Source: Methanobacteriota archaeon (lineage in GTDB: Archaea; Methanobacteriota; Methanobacteria; Methanobacteriales; Methanobacteriaceae). Taken from it: DNA of 64,000 nt. The notes beneath the pieces were generated by a model, which was not told the DNA's origin, made no database searches, and saw nothing but the letters and a program-made list of their open reading frames with translations. Location: contig CAWBCJ010000029.1 of the NCBI GenBank assembly GCA_963787255.1, forward strand, positions 160,001 through 224,000, in the 5' to 3' direction. Every line of letters starts with the position of its first letter. Positions within the stretch are counted from its first letter, which is position 1. A program made the position numbers and the translations under genes. Positions 10,053 through 19,137 of the stretch are shown here, piece after piece.

Positions 10053-10187
10053 TTATTCTTCATCTTCCTCAATTATAATTGCTCCTTGATATCCACAATC
10101 ATAACACTCCCATAAAGACCACATTTGTGGCATGACCCATTTAATGTTTGTAGACCCACATTTTGGACATTTTTTAACCTTAATCAT
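10053..10187 (-). CDS. 44-aa CPxCG-type zinc-finger microprotein (not in ORF track)
   Basis: MIKVKKCPKCGSTNIKWVMPQMWSLWECYDCGYQGAIIIEEDEE. GAGGTGA RBS overlaps the fibrillarin stop. Confidence 0.8.
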   Translation of the reverse strand: MIKVKKCPKCGSTNIKWVMPQMWSLWECYDCGYQGAIIIEEDEE

Positions 10188-10198
10188 CGTGATTCACC

Positions 10199-10864
10199 TC
10201 AAAAACTGAATTCACAAACAAGAGCCATGTGATCCTTTTCATAAGGCTCAAGCTTTATCTTTTCAAGCACATTAAATCCAGATGTTTTCAATTTTGATTC
10301 CTCTTCCTTAAATATCTTATTCGGAGCTTTTGTAACATCGATACTCCTTGCTTTTATCATCAGTATTCCAATACCATCTTCTTTCGAATATAAACGCATG
10401 TTATCCATAAAAAGCTCTGATTGATTCGGCTGAGCCACGTCAGCATAAACTACATCCACTTTTTGAACCATATTCATGTAATTACGTGGTTTTGTGGCAT
10501 CATCGAGAATTGGAATCATATTTTCCCGCTGGTTGCATAAATCTACCAGTTTTCGCATCATTTTTGGTGAAAACTCAATGCAGTAAATTAAACCATCTTT
10601 TGAAATGTCAGAGATGTGGGAAGGAGTTGTACCTGCAGATGCGCCTAAATAAAGCACTTTTGAATCTTCTTTAAATGGAAAAGTACTCAAACCATTTAAA
10701 ATAGCCGAAGAAAGTTTTGAACGCCTTGGATCCCATATTCTGTATTCATTATCTTCAATTTCAACTAATCTTTCGTCATAAACTTTAGTTCCAGGATTCA
10801 AATTTAAAGTAGCAATGTGATTATCAATTTCATAAACACCAGTAAATTTTTGAATTATTTCCAT
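10199..10864 (-). CDS. flpA: fibrillarin-like rRNA/tRNA 2'-O-methyltransferase
   Basis: YRIWDPRRSKL, VLYLGASAGTTPSHISD, DVAQPNQ, IKARSID, LEPYEKDH. ATG 10864 with GGAGA RBS preferred over TTG 10879. Confidence 0.97.
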   Translation of the reverse strand: MEIIQKFTGVYEIDNHIATLNLNPGTKVYDERLVEIEDNEYRIWDPRRSKLSSAILNGLSTFPFKEDSKVLYLGASAGTTPSHISDISKDGLIYCIEFSPKMMRKLVDLCNQRENMIPILDDATKPRNYMNMVQKVDVVYADVAQPNQSELFMDNMRLYSKEDGIGILMIKARSIDVTKAPNKIFKEEESKLKTSGFNVLEKIKLEPYEKDHMALVCEFSF

Positions 10865-10913
10865 TTTAATTGTCTCCAATGATATTAATTTATTAAATAA
10901 TCCATTTCAGCTT

Positions 10914-11258
10914 TTATTTTTCATTTTTATCTTCTTTTATGATGCAGCTGTCTTCTAAACTCTGCATAGATTCCAAAATTTCTTCCCTGATTTTATGCAC
11001 ATTTTCTATGGAGTCCAAAAGCTCCAATCTTGTACCGTGAACTGAGGATCTTATGTTTTCTGCTTCCTTTTCAAGACTGGCAAAAAGATCTTCAGTTTTT
11101 TCATGCTGTAGATCCATCATACCTCGAATGTGCTCAAAATTCTTTTTTAGCCGTCCTTCAGTTCTTTTAGAAAATCTAATTGCATACAAAGCCAGAATTG
11201 CAGATATTACACTTGAAATAAACGAAAGAATATATAAAGGTAGTAGAACATCAACCAT
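10914..11258 (-). CDS. hypothetical membrane-anchored coiled-coil protein
   Basis: N-terminal hydrophobic helix followed by a charged helical region. GGGGGAG RBS. Confidence 0.7.
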   Translation of the reverse strand: MVDVLLPLYILSFISSVISAILALYAIRFSKRTEGRLKKNFEHIRGMMDLQHEKTEDLFASLEKEAENIRSSVHGTRLELLDSIENVHKIREEILESMQSLEDSCIIKEDKNEK

Positions 11259-11270
11259 AAAACTCCCCCA

Positions 11271-12483
11271 TTAATAGTAATCTTTAATATTTTTCTTATA
11301 TTTGTCCCTTTTTTTCTTCTTTTTCTTTCCTTTATCCTTTTTATCCTCTTTTCGAGATCTACCTGCTCTTGGAGGGAATGGATGAGCTTTTTTAATTTCT
11401 TCAAGCCTTTGCTCAAGCTCCTCTTTTATAGAAGGATCAAATTCACCAGAATAAACGTCTTTACGGACTGCAAGGGAAATTTTAGCAGCTAATGCCCGGG
11501 CAAATTTTCCTTTAAGCCACCATTTAGTGCTTCTAATTTCGGGATATTGGTAGATAAGGCCGTGTTTTGGAGGGCGTTCTCCAGTTTTTTTATGTCTGAA
11601 AAGTGCTTTTTCAGCTCCTATTATTTGAACCGTGCTTGATGGAAGCATTGATAATTTCTGAATACTTCCTATGTGGGCTATTAATTTCGCCCCAAGTGAA
11701 GCACCTACAAGATCACTTAAATTCGGTGCAACTTCGCTCATTTTTTGTTCTACATAATCATTAAGTGATTTTTTAGTATTTTGAAGGGTTTTCAAGGAAT
11801 TTGCAAATTCCTGGATCATTTGGAGATCTTTTCCTTCAATTTCAGATCCCATGCCCTTATCTTTAACATTAATCTCTTCTAATATTTTATTTTCTTTTAT
11901 AGAACTCCTATTCCCATATTCTGCTATTAGATTCACATATTTTTCGTTATTTTTTAGTTTATTAAGTTCCGGGAAATGGATCATATACCATTCCCTTAAT
12001 CTTTCAATTAATTTACCTGTAGCCTCGTCAATTTCATCTATTGAATTTATAGCCTGAATTAAGTACATGTCTTCGGCTTTAGAAGCCTCTTTAATCTTAT
12101 AATTTGTAAGATCAAATGATACCCTGCGCAATTCTTGATTTAATTCATCCTCTGAATCTATAAAACCCGTTTCTTTTAAAACATTGCACATATTTGACCT
12201 TAAATAATTCTCCACCCGCACTTGGATTTTCAAATTTGAATTTAGATGATCCTTTTAAGCTTTTATATTTAGAAACATTGATATTTGTTTCTATTACTAT
12301 TAAATCGCATTTTTTAATGTTTCTTCGAAGTAAAGATTCTTCTTCAGTATTTAAATTTCCATTACTCCTTGCAATTATTCTTTCAGTAATTTTTTCCTTT
12401 GGGAAAAGTTCATAATCAATGAGATTAAAATTTTCATCTAATATAATAAAACCTGCAAAACAACTTGTAAGATAATATTTCAT
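11271..12483 (-). CDS. nop5: Nop5 (NOP56/58) box C/D sRNP protein, split by a +1 indel near 12205
   Basis: RLREWY..HFPEL, APNL..LGAKLIAH, PSSTVQIIGAEKALF, PKHGLIYQ. ORFs 12145-12483 and 11271-12233 join if one T is removed from GAA T TAT TTA AGG. Confidence 0.92.
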
Positions 12484-12531
12484 AGAAATTGATCTGTATT
12501 GTATAGTTTTAAAGTTTTTTTATGGTGGAGC

Positions 12532-13437
12532 ATGATGTTAGAAGTTGATCTGTGTAATGTTAAAATGAAAAATCCAACCATGCTTGCAGCTGGTATCCTG
12601 GGAAGTACAGCAGCTTCAATGAACTGGGTTTCAAGAAGCGGCGCTGGTGCAGTTGTAACTAAATCGTTCGGTTTAGAGCCGAATAAAGGTTATCCAAATC
12701 CTACAACTGTTGAAGTAACCGGTGGCATTATAAATGCAATTGGTCTTTCCAATCCGGGGGTAGACGCTTTTATTGGCGAGCTGGAAAAAATTGAAAGATC
12801 AACTCCTACCATTGCATCGATATACGGCTCTTCAAGAGAAGATTTTGCGCGACTAGCTGCTAAAATTGAAAATTACGCTGATTTAATTGAATTAAACGTT
12901 TCATGTCCTCATGCACAGAAAGGATGTGGCGCTTCAATAGGAGAAGATCCTAATTTCACTGGTGATATTGTAAAAGCAGTTAAAAAGACGACTGATATTC
13001 CCGTTATTGTTAAGTTAACACCTAATGTTACAGATATTGTTGAAATTGCGCGGAGTGCTGAAAAAGCGGGGTGTGATGGGTTAACTCTTATAAATTCCCT
13101 TGGTCCTGGCCTTAAAATAGATATAGAAACTGCTAATCCTATTCTTTCTAATAAGTTTGGAGGAATGTCTGGCCCGGCAATTAAACCTATTGCACTTAGA
13201 TGTGTTTATGATACATATGATGCAGTTAAAATTCCAATTATTGGCGTTGGCGGTATCGCAGATTACAGGGATGTAATAGAATTTTTATTTGCTGGAGCTT
13301 TATGTGTTCAAATTGGAACCGCTATTATGTTTAAAGGGCCTTCAATTTTCAAAGAAATTAATCTTGGAATTGAAAAATTTATGCTGGAAAAAGATTATAA
13401 ATCCATTAATGAAATGGTGGGAAACGCCCATAAGTAA
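12532..13437 (+). CDS. pyrD: dihydroorotate dehydrogenase B catalytic subunit
   Basis: NAIGLSNPG, ELNVSCPH, VKLTPNV, GGMSGPAIKP, VQIGTA. Confidence 0.97.
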   Translation: MMLEVDLCNVKMKNPTMLAAGILGSTAASMNWVSRSGAGAVVTKSFGLEPNKGYPNPTTVEVTGGIINAIGLSNPGVDAFIGELEKIERSTPTIASIYGSSREDFARLAAKIENYADLIELNVSCPHAQKGCGASIGEDPNFTGDIVKAVKKTTDIPVIVKLTPNVTDIVEIARSAEKAGCDGLTLINSLGPGLKIDIETANPILSNKFGGMSGPAIKPIALRCVYDTYDAVKIPIIGVGGIADYRDVIEFLFAGALCVQIGTAIMFKGPSIFKEINLGIEKFMLEKDYKSINEMVGNAHK

Positions 13438-13466
13438 TAGGAAATGAACTAAATTAGGCTGGTAAA

Positions 13467-14261
13467 ATGCACGTTCCAAAAACTGTTGAAATAAAAAGAG
13501 TGATTAAAGAAACTGAAACTATAAAAACTTTCATTTTTGACTTTGATGCTCGAAATGTTAAACCTGGGCAGTTCATGATGGTATGGAATTTTAAAGACGA
13601 AAAACCAATGTCAGTATCATTAATCGACTCTGTAAATGACGAAATAGGGATAACCATCAAAAAAGTTGGCCACTTTACAGAAGCCATTCATTCACTTCAC
13701 GCGGGAGATAAACTTGGTTTAAGAGGTCCTTACGGAAGAGGTTTTGAAATAATTGGTTCAAACATACTTGCGGTTGGTGGGGGAGTTGGAATGGCTCCAA
13801 TTTCGGCATTTGTACATGAAGCTAGACTTATGGGAGTTGATGTTGACGTTATTAGCGCTGCAACCACCAAAGACGAGCTTTTATTCATGGAACATCTGGA
13901 ATCCACGGATATTACTACTTATGCATGTACAGACGATGGAACCTACGGTTTCTGTGGTTTTGCCACTGAATTCATGGAAAAAATAATTGAAGATAAGGAA
14001 TACGACATGGTAGTGACCTGCGGGCCTGAGGTAATGATGAAAGGCGTTTTTGATATCATTGATAAACTTAAAATTCCGGCGCAATTTTCACTTGAACGCT
14101 ATATGAAATGTGGTTTAGGAATTTGCGGACAGTGCTGCGTTGATGATGTGGGATGGCGTGTCTGCGTTGAGGGCCCTGTTTTTTGGAGTGATGAAGTAAG
14201 ATTGATAACAGAATTTGGGAAATATAAAAGAGATGCATCAGGGATAAAGCATAAAATCTAA
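13467..14261 (+). CDS. pyrK: dihydroorotate dehydrogenase electron transfer subunit
   Basis: PGQF, RGPYGRGF, GGGVGMAP, CGPE, MKCGLGICGQC..VC. Confidence 0.95.
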   Translation: MHVPKTVEIKRVIKETETIKTFIFDFDARNVKPGQFMMVWNFKDEKPMSVSLIDSVNDEIGITIKKVGHFTEAIHSLHAGDKLGLRGPYGRGFEIIGSNILAVGGGVGMAPISAFVHEARLMGVDVDVISAATTKDELLFMEHLESTDITTYACTDDGTYGFCGFATEFMEKIIEDKEYDMVVTCGPEVMMKGVFDIIDKLKIPAQFSLERYMKCGLGICGQCCVDDVGWRVCVEGPVFWSDEVRLITEFGKYKRDASGIKHKI

Positions 14262-14317
14262 TATTTTAATGTTTTTCTATAATTAATTAGAAAATATTTT
14301 TATTAAGCGTGATAATA

Positions 14318-15364
14318 ATGATTTATAAACTAAAAGGTACGATTACATCAGCTCTTTTTATCATTACTGGTCTACTTATTCTTTCATTTTTTGTATTAAC
14401 TCCAATGATAAGCATGATTATTCTTGGAGCGGTGTTTGCCTATGTGATTCGGCCAATATCTAATAAAATGTTGCCTCGCCTCAAATTCGAAACTTTATCC
14501 ATAATTGTAGCAATGGTACTGGTAATACTGCCTTTGATTGTGGTTTTAGCAGTTATTATAAATTCTCTTATCGAATCAACACCTTTAATTGTTTCAGTAG
14601 CTAAAAGTGCCAATATTGAAAGCATAAATTCTAGTACTGCTCAACAATATTTGCCTTCGATGCTACAGAGTTATACCGGTTCAATTTTAACCAGCATTAA
14701 ATTGGCTCTTGAAGAAATTTTAAGGAATTTATTAAACTATTTTGTAGCCTATGTAGGATCCATACCCACTGTTTTGTTTCAATTATTCATATTCTTTGCA
14801 GCAACATTTTACTTTGCAAAAGACGGTGATAGATTATGGGAATATATTAAATTCGCCATTCCAGACAATAGAACCCATTATTTTAATTCACTTTTTAAGG
14901 AAGTAGAAAGAGTGTTAAAAAGCATATTTTTCGGGCATTTCTTTACCGCTCTTTTAACTGGAATACTTGCGGGAATCGGATTCTGGATTATAGGATATCC
15001 TTTTGCATCCTTTTTAGGTATATTAACCGGATTTTTCCAGCTCATACCATTTATAGGACATTGGCCGCTGCCAATTATTCTTGCGGTCTATGGAATCTTA
15101 ACTGGAAGCTATATACAAGCAGTTGCTGTTATAATACTCGGATTCTTGATGAGCGCTCTTGACATTTATCTTCGACCTAAAATATCCAGCAAATATGCCG
15201 ATATTCATCCACTGATATTTATACTAGGATTCTTGTGTGGACCGCTGGTATTTGGATTGGTAGGTTTTATATTAGGTCCCTTGATTTTAGGAGTTACCTA
15301 CGCAGCTTTAAGCACGTATAAAAAGGAAAACACTGTTGAAATTGTAAAACCTGATGAAAAATAA
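14318..15364 (+). CDS. AI-2E family (PerM-like) transporter
   Basis: Multi-TM protein with FYFAKDG, LIPFIG, LRPK..IHPL..GFILGPL. Confidence 0.9.
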   Translation: MIYKLKGTITSALFIITGLLILSFFVLTPMISMIILGAVFAYVIRPISNKMLPRLKFETLSIIVAMVLVILPLIVVLAVIINSLIESTPLIVSVAKSANIESINSSTAQQYLPSMLQSYTGSILTSIKLALEEILRNLLNYFVAYVGSIPTVLFQLFIFFAATFYFAKDGDRLWEYIKFAIPDNRTHYFNSLFKEVERVLKSIFFGHFFTALLTGILAGIGFWIIGYPFASFLGILTGFFQLIPFIGHWPLPIILAVYGILTGSYIQAVAVIILGFLMSALDIYLRPKISSKYADIHPLIFILGFLCGPLVFGLVGFILGPLILGVTYAALSTYKKENTVEIVKPDEK

Positions 15365-15429
15365 ACCTTAAAATTAATTTTATCGTTTTATATAAAATAA
15401 AAAAAAATAGGTCCCTGAAATTCAGGGAT

Positions 15430-15912
15430 TTAAGATAATTTTATTTCAATAGAATTAGAAAGTACTGAATATTTAGCACCTTTACCATCGTTAAATGTAA
15501 CGCTGAATCCACCTATAAAATAAGGGTTGGATACTGTTGCGTTAGATCCAAAATCCTGCTGCACTTCTGCATCAGTAGGTATAAGAATTGTACTGGATCC
15601 TTTCTTGGTTTCACCTGGCTTTAAGGTACCAATATTTTGTGCAAAGTCCTGACTGTCAACTTGAACGTTGTACACAGTTTCATTACCATTATTGGTAACC
15701 TCATACTGAATAGTTACATTCATACCTTTTTTGGCTGTTTCAGGACCTTTTTGGACCGCTACCACGTCAATTGCCTTAGTAACATTAGTTGTATTCTGTG
15801 GTTGGACAGTAGTATTATTTTGAGCTGTTTGATTCTGTTGTGTGCATCCAGATGCAAAAACAACAACTGCAAGAATTGCAATTATTAAAACTATTCCCAT
15901 CTTATTATCCGT
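15430..15912 (-). CDS. lipoprotein with Ig-like (CARDB/DUF11-like) domain; possible ACG start at 15912 (ATG at 15900)
   Basis: Lipobox FASGC, YEVTNNGNET..IGTLKPGE. Confidence 0.7.
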   Translation of the reverse strand, partial: TDNKMGIVLIIAILAVVVFASGCTQQNQTAQNNTTVQPQNTTNVTKAIDVVAVQKGPETAKKGMNVTIQYEVTNNGNETVYNVQVDSQDFAQNIGTLKPGETKKGSSTILIPTDAEVQQDFGSNATVSNPYFIGGFSVTFNDGKGAKYSVLSNSIEIKLS

Positions 15913-16071
15913 TTAAATCCCTCCTTTGAAAAATAATTATGCACCAATCTATATAAAGTGATCAGTAAAATAGTGAAATATATAAAAATAATACTTTTTA
16001 AGCGCTTAAATAATTAAAATATGTATGAATAATGTTTAAATAGACTAAAAATGAGATAATTAAACTTTTTA

Positions 16072-16479
16072 TTAAAATTTGACTTGTTTGTCCTTTTTAA
16101 TTAATTCGTCAAATTCCAGACCTTTAGAAAATGCCAGATCTACGTCTACCTTGTAATTTTCTCCTCTTGTTTTTATAAGATCGTCAACGTGCACGAAACG
16201 CCACTTTTTATTCTTAAATTTAGCACCCAGATATGGTTCTGCCCCAAAAATTCCAGAAAACTCCTTCAATCCCATTATTTTTTCAGAGTTAATATAGATT
16301 TGCTCTGCAGAGGTTGATTTAACTTCAATTGCTAGATAAATCTTTCCATTACCTGCAATTATATCTGGAAGAGGTTTTTTTGTTGCTCCTCCTGAAGCTG
16401 GTGCTCTCATGGCAGCGCAATCTGCATTCCATAGCATTTTAACTAGTTCACGTTCTACGCGTGACCCTTTTTTGTTCAT
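16072..16479 (-). CDS. hjc: Holliday junction resolvase Hjc
   Basis: KGSRVEREL, RAPASG, PDIIAG, IEVKS. Confidence 0.96.
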   Translation of the reverse strand: MNKKGSRVERELVKMLWNADCAAMRAPASGGATKKPLPDIIAGNGKIYLAIEVKSTSAEQIYINSEKIMGLKEFSGIFGAEPYLGAKFKNKKWRFVHVDDLIKTRGENYKVDVDLAFSKGLEFDELIKKDKQVKF

Positions 16480-16574
16480 ATTATCAAGATTATCAGTTTT
16501 TGAAATATATTTAAAATTAGTTATAATTTAATATGATATAAAATCTTTGATAAAATGAGAATATTTTTAATTAA

Positions 16575-16883
16575 CTAAAGAGAATTGTCGTAATACTCCA
16601 TTTTAGAAGCATTAAAAGTGCCATTTTCACCAGGTGCCCTGATCCATTCAATTTTAGCATTCCGGGCTATTAGCTTTTTATCTCTAAAAATAATATCAAC
16701 TGTTATACCTGCGCCATAATCTTCTGGATTAAATGTTATAAATCTAGAAAAAGAGCCTTTAAAGCTGTATTTATTTTTTAAAAACCATTGAATGAGATTA
16801 ACACCTTCCATAATGCCTATTAACTTGCCTTCAAGTAAAACATCGCATTTAAGCGAGCTGCAAGTTCTCTCCATTTTAAGCAT
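16575..16883 (-). CDS. hypothetical protein
   Basis: 102-aa ORF with normal composition and an upstream GAGATGA. Family not recognised. Confidence 0.65.
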   Translation of the reverse strand: MLKMERTCSSLKCDVLLEGKLIGIMEGVNLIQWFLKNKYSFKGSFSRFITFNPEDYGAGITVDIIFRDKKLIARNAKIEWIRAPGENGTFNASKMEYYDNSL

Positions 16884-17046
16884 TTAATCATCTCATTGTA
16901 ACTAAACTATCCATTTATAAGTTAATTATATAATACTAAATATATTTTTCTAATTATTATGATATTGAAAAATAGATCAGCAAAATTAAAAGTAAATAGT
17001 GATTCAAAAGCAAAAATAAACGAGAAAAAAGTATATAGACGTGAGA

Positions 17047-17125
<79 letters not shown>

Positions 17126-17163
17126 GGGAATTAAATAATCGTGAGGAATATGTTTTTTTCGAA

Positions 17164-17247
17164 TGCGGGAGCAGGGATTCGAACCCTGGTAGGCCTACGC
17201 CAACGGGTCCTAAGCCCGTCCCCTTTGGCCAGCTCGGGCACCCCCGC
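17164..17247 (-). tRNA. tRNA-Leu(TAG)
   Basis: GCGGGGG acceptor, CT-TAG-GA, long variable arm, TTCGAAT. Confidence 0.96.
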
Positions 17248-17325
17248 TAGCTGTGAGTATTAAAAGTTGTCAAAACGGGGTTTTGACTGTCTGTAAAAAT
17301 CAAAGATTTTTACAAAATTAAAGAA

Positions 17326-17403
<78 letters not shown>

Positions 17404-17459
17404 ATACAAATTTACAATTTGTGCTCCAAAATTCTTCGAATTTTTGAGAGCATATGAAA

Positions 17460-17533
17460 TGGGCCCAATGGGATTCGAACCCATGGCCGCTCGGTTATGA
17501 GCCGAGCGCTCTACCTGGCTAAGCTATGGGCCC
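17460..17533 (-). tRNA. tRNA with CAT anticodon, probably tRNA-Ile2 (agmatidine-modified) rather than Met
   Basis: CT-CAT-AA loop. The GGGCCCA acceptor stem is typical of archaeal Ile tRNAs. Confidence 0.9.
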
Positions 17534-17537
17534 TCAG

Positions 17538-17610
<73 letters not shown>

Positions 17611-17706
17611 TATGCCAAGCAAAGCCTGCAAACTACTAGCTAGCGGCTTGCAAGAGTTTAAAATATAAGCACATTTGTGACGTATTTTTTAAGTTAGTGA
17701 TTATAG

Positions 17707-17720
17707 TATATAAACGTTTT
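17707..17720 (-). promoter_or_regulatory. BRE/TATA promoter of the Asn-Ile2-Glu-Leu-His tRNA operon
   Basis: Minus strand reads AAAACG-TTTATATA about 100 nt upstream of tRNA-Asn. Confidence 0.6.
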
Positions 17721-17930
17721 GGATAATGTAATCCACATTATAACCAAGCATTAAGTGCTTATATCATATATATTTTGTTATTACTGAATTATAATAGTTT
17801 TATTTATTTTATACTTAAATAATAAAAGCAAAAAAGAAGATTGGAAAATTTAAAATATTTATTCTTTTAAAGTATAAAAATTAAGTTGATGAATTTCAAC
17901 TTACTATTCATTTAATTAGATAGGTGAATA

Positions 17931-18938
17931 ATGAACCTAATAAACAAAATTAAAAATTTCGAAACACTGGATTTAATGCAAAAGGCCAACAAAATTACCC
18001 TGGCCGAACAGGGGAATAAAATAACACTTGAAAGGGCTATTTTCCTTTCTTGGTGGTGTGATAAAGGCGATTGTCTGTTCTGCTATATGTCATCACAAAA
18101 GCCGAAAATTAAAGAACCAAGTACTGCAAGAAGGAATGTAAATTCAATTTTAGCAGAAGCGGAACTATGCAGAAGAACTGATTGGAAAATTGAATTCCTT
18201 TCAGGAGGATACGGCTCATTTTCAACCGAAGAAATAAAAGATATTTCACAGAAAATCTACAGAATCACCGGAGAGCCTGTCTGGCTAAATATTGGGGTTA
18301 CAAAGGATCTTGAAGTCTATGGAGAAGAAATTGCAGGAATTACAGGGGCTGTTGAGGTTGCAAATCCAGAATTACATGACAAAATTTGTCCAAGTAAATC
18401 ACTGGAAGATATCAGCGAAATGCTTGAAGTTGCAGGAGAATTAGGGTTCCAAAAAGCTATAACCATCATTTTAGGGCTTGGAGAAACTCCTGAAGATTTA
18501 AAATATCTGCATGAACTTATTAAGGATATAGGAATTGATAGAGTTACATTTTATTCATTGAATCCCCATAAAGAAACTGTTTATGAAAATACTCCGCAGC
18601 CAGCATCTTTATATTACGCCGGAGTTGTTGCTGCAACCAGAATTAGGTTTCCAAAGCTTAAAATAATTACCGGCACATGGATAGATAACCTCGCCAACAT
18701 CGGACCTCTGCTTTTAAGTGGGGCAAATGGACTTACCAAATTTCCATTATTTAAAATGTTTGGAACCCGTTACGGGAAAAGAGTTGAAGAAGAAGTTTAC
18801 TGGGCTGGAAAAGAGCTAGTTGGAACTTTCACTGACTTTGAAATGTTAACTAAAAGTGATATTCAAAACTCTGAAATTGAACCTTATATAAAACAATATG
18901 TTGATAAATGTTTGAAGTCAGCTCAACTTCAAAAATAA
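17931..18938 (+). CDS. radical SAM protein, biotin-synthase-related, with a CX4CX2C motif
   Basis: WWCDKGDCLFCYM, FLSGG, TIILGLGET, FYSLNPH. Confidence 0.85.
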   Translation: MNLINKIKNFETLDLMQKANKITLAEQGNKITLERAIFLSWWCDKGDCLFCYMSSQKPKIKEPSTARRNVNSILAEAELCRRTDWKIEFLSGGYGSFSTEEIKDISQKIYRITGEPVWLNIGVTKDLEVYGEEIAGITGAVEVANPELHDKICPSKSLEDISEMLEVAGELGFQKAITIILGLGETPEDLKYLHELIKDIGIDRVTFYSLNPHKETVYENTPQPASLYYAGVVAATRIRFPKLKIITGTWIDNLANIGPLLLSGANGLTKFPLFKMFGTRYGKRVEEEVYWAGKELVGTFTDFEMLTKSDIQNSEIEPYIKQYVDKCLKSAQLQK

Positions 18939-19137
18939 TTGCTCATCACTACAAAGGATTGTTTAAGAACGAAATATTGATAAGTGTCTTAAGGGTAAAA
19001 CAAATATTGGATTATATTTTAGTAAACTTTTTAACTATAATTTGAATATTACATTCACATTTCTGTTGATTTAAAATAACGATAACTTAATCTTTATTGG
19101 ATATTAGATATTTTTACCAGGAGGAATTCTTATTAAG

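Noticed and set aside
17931-18938. Calling the radical SAM gene bioB or hcgA
   Set aside because: The Cys spacing matches neither, and no bio or hcg/hmd genes are nearby.
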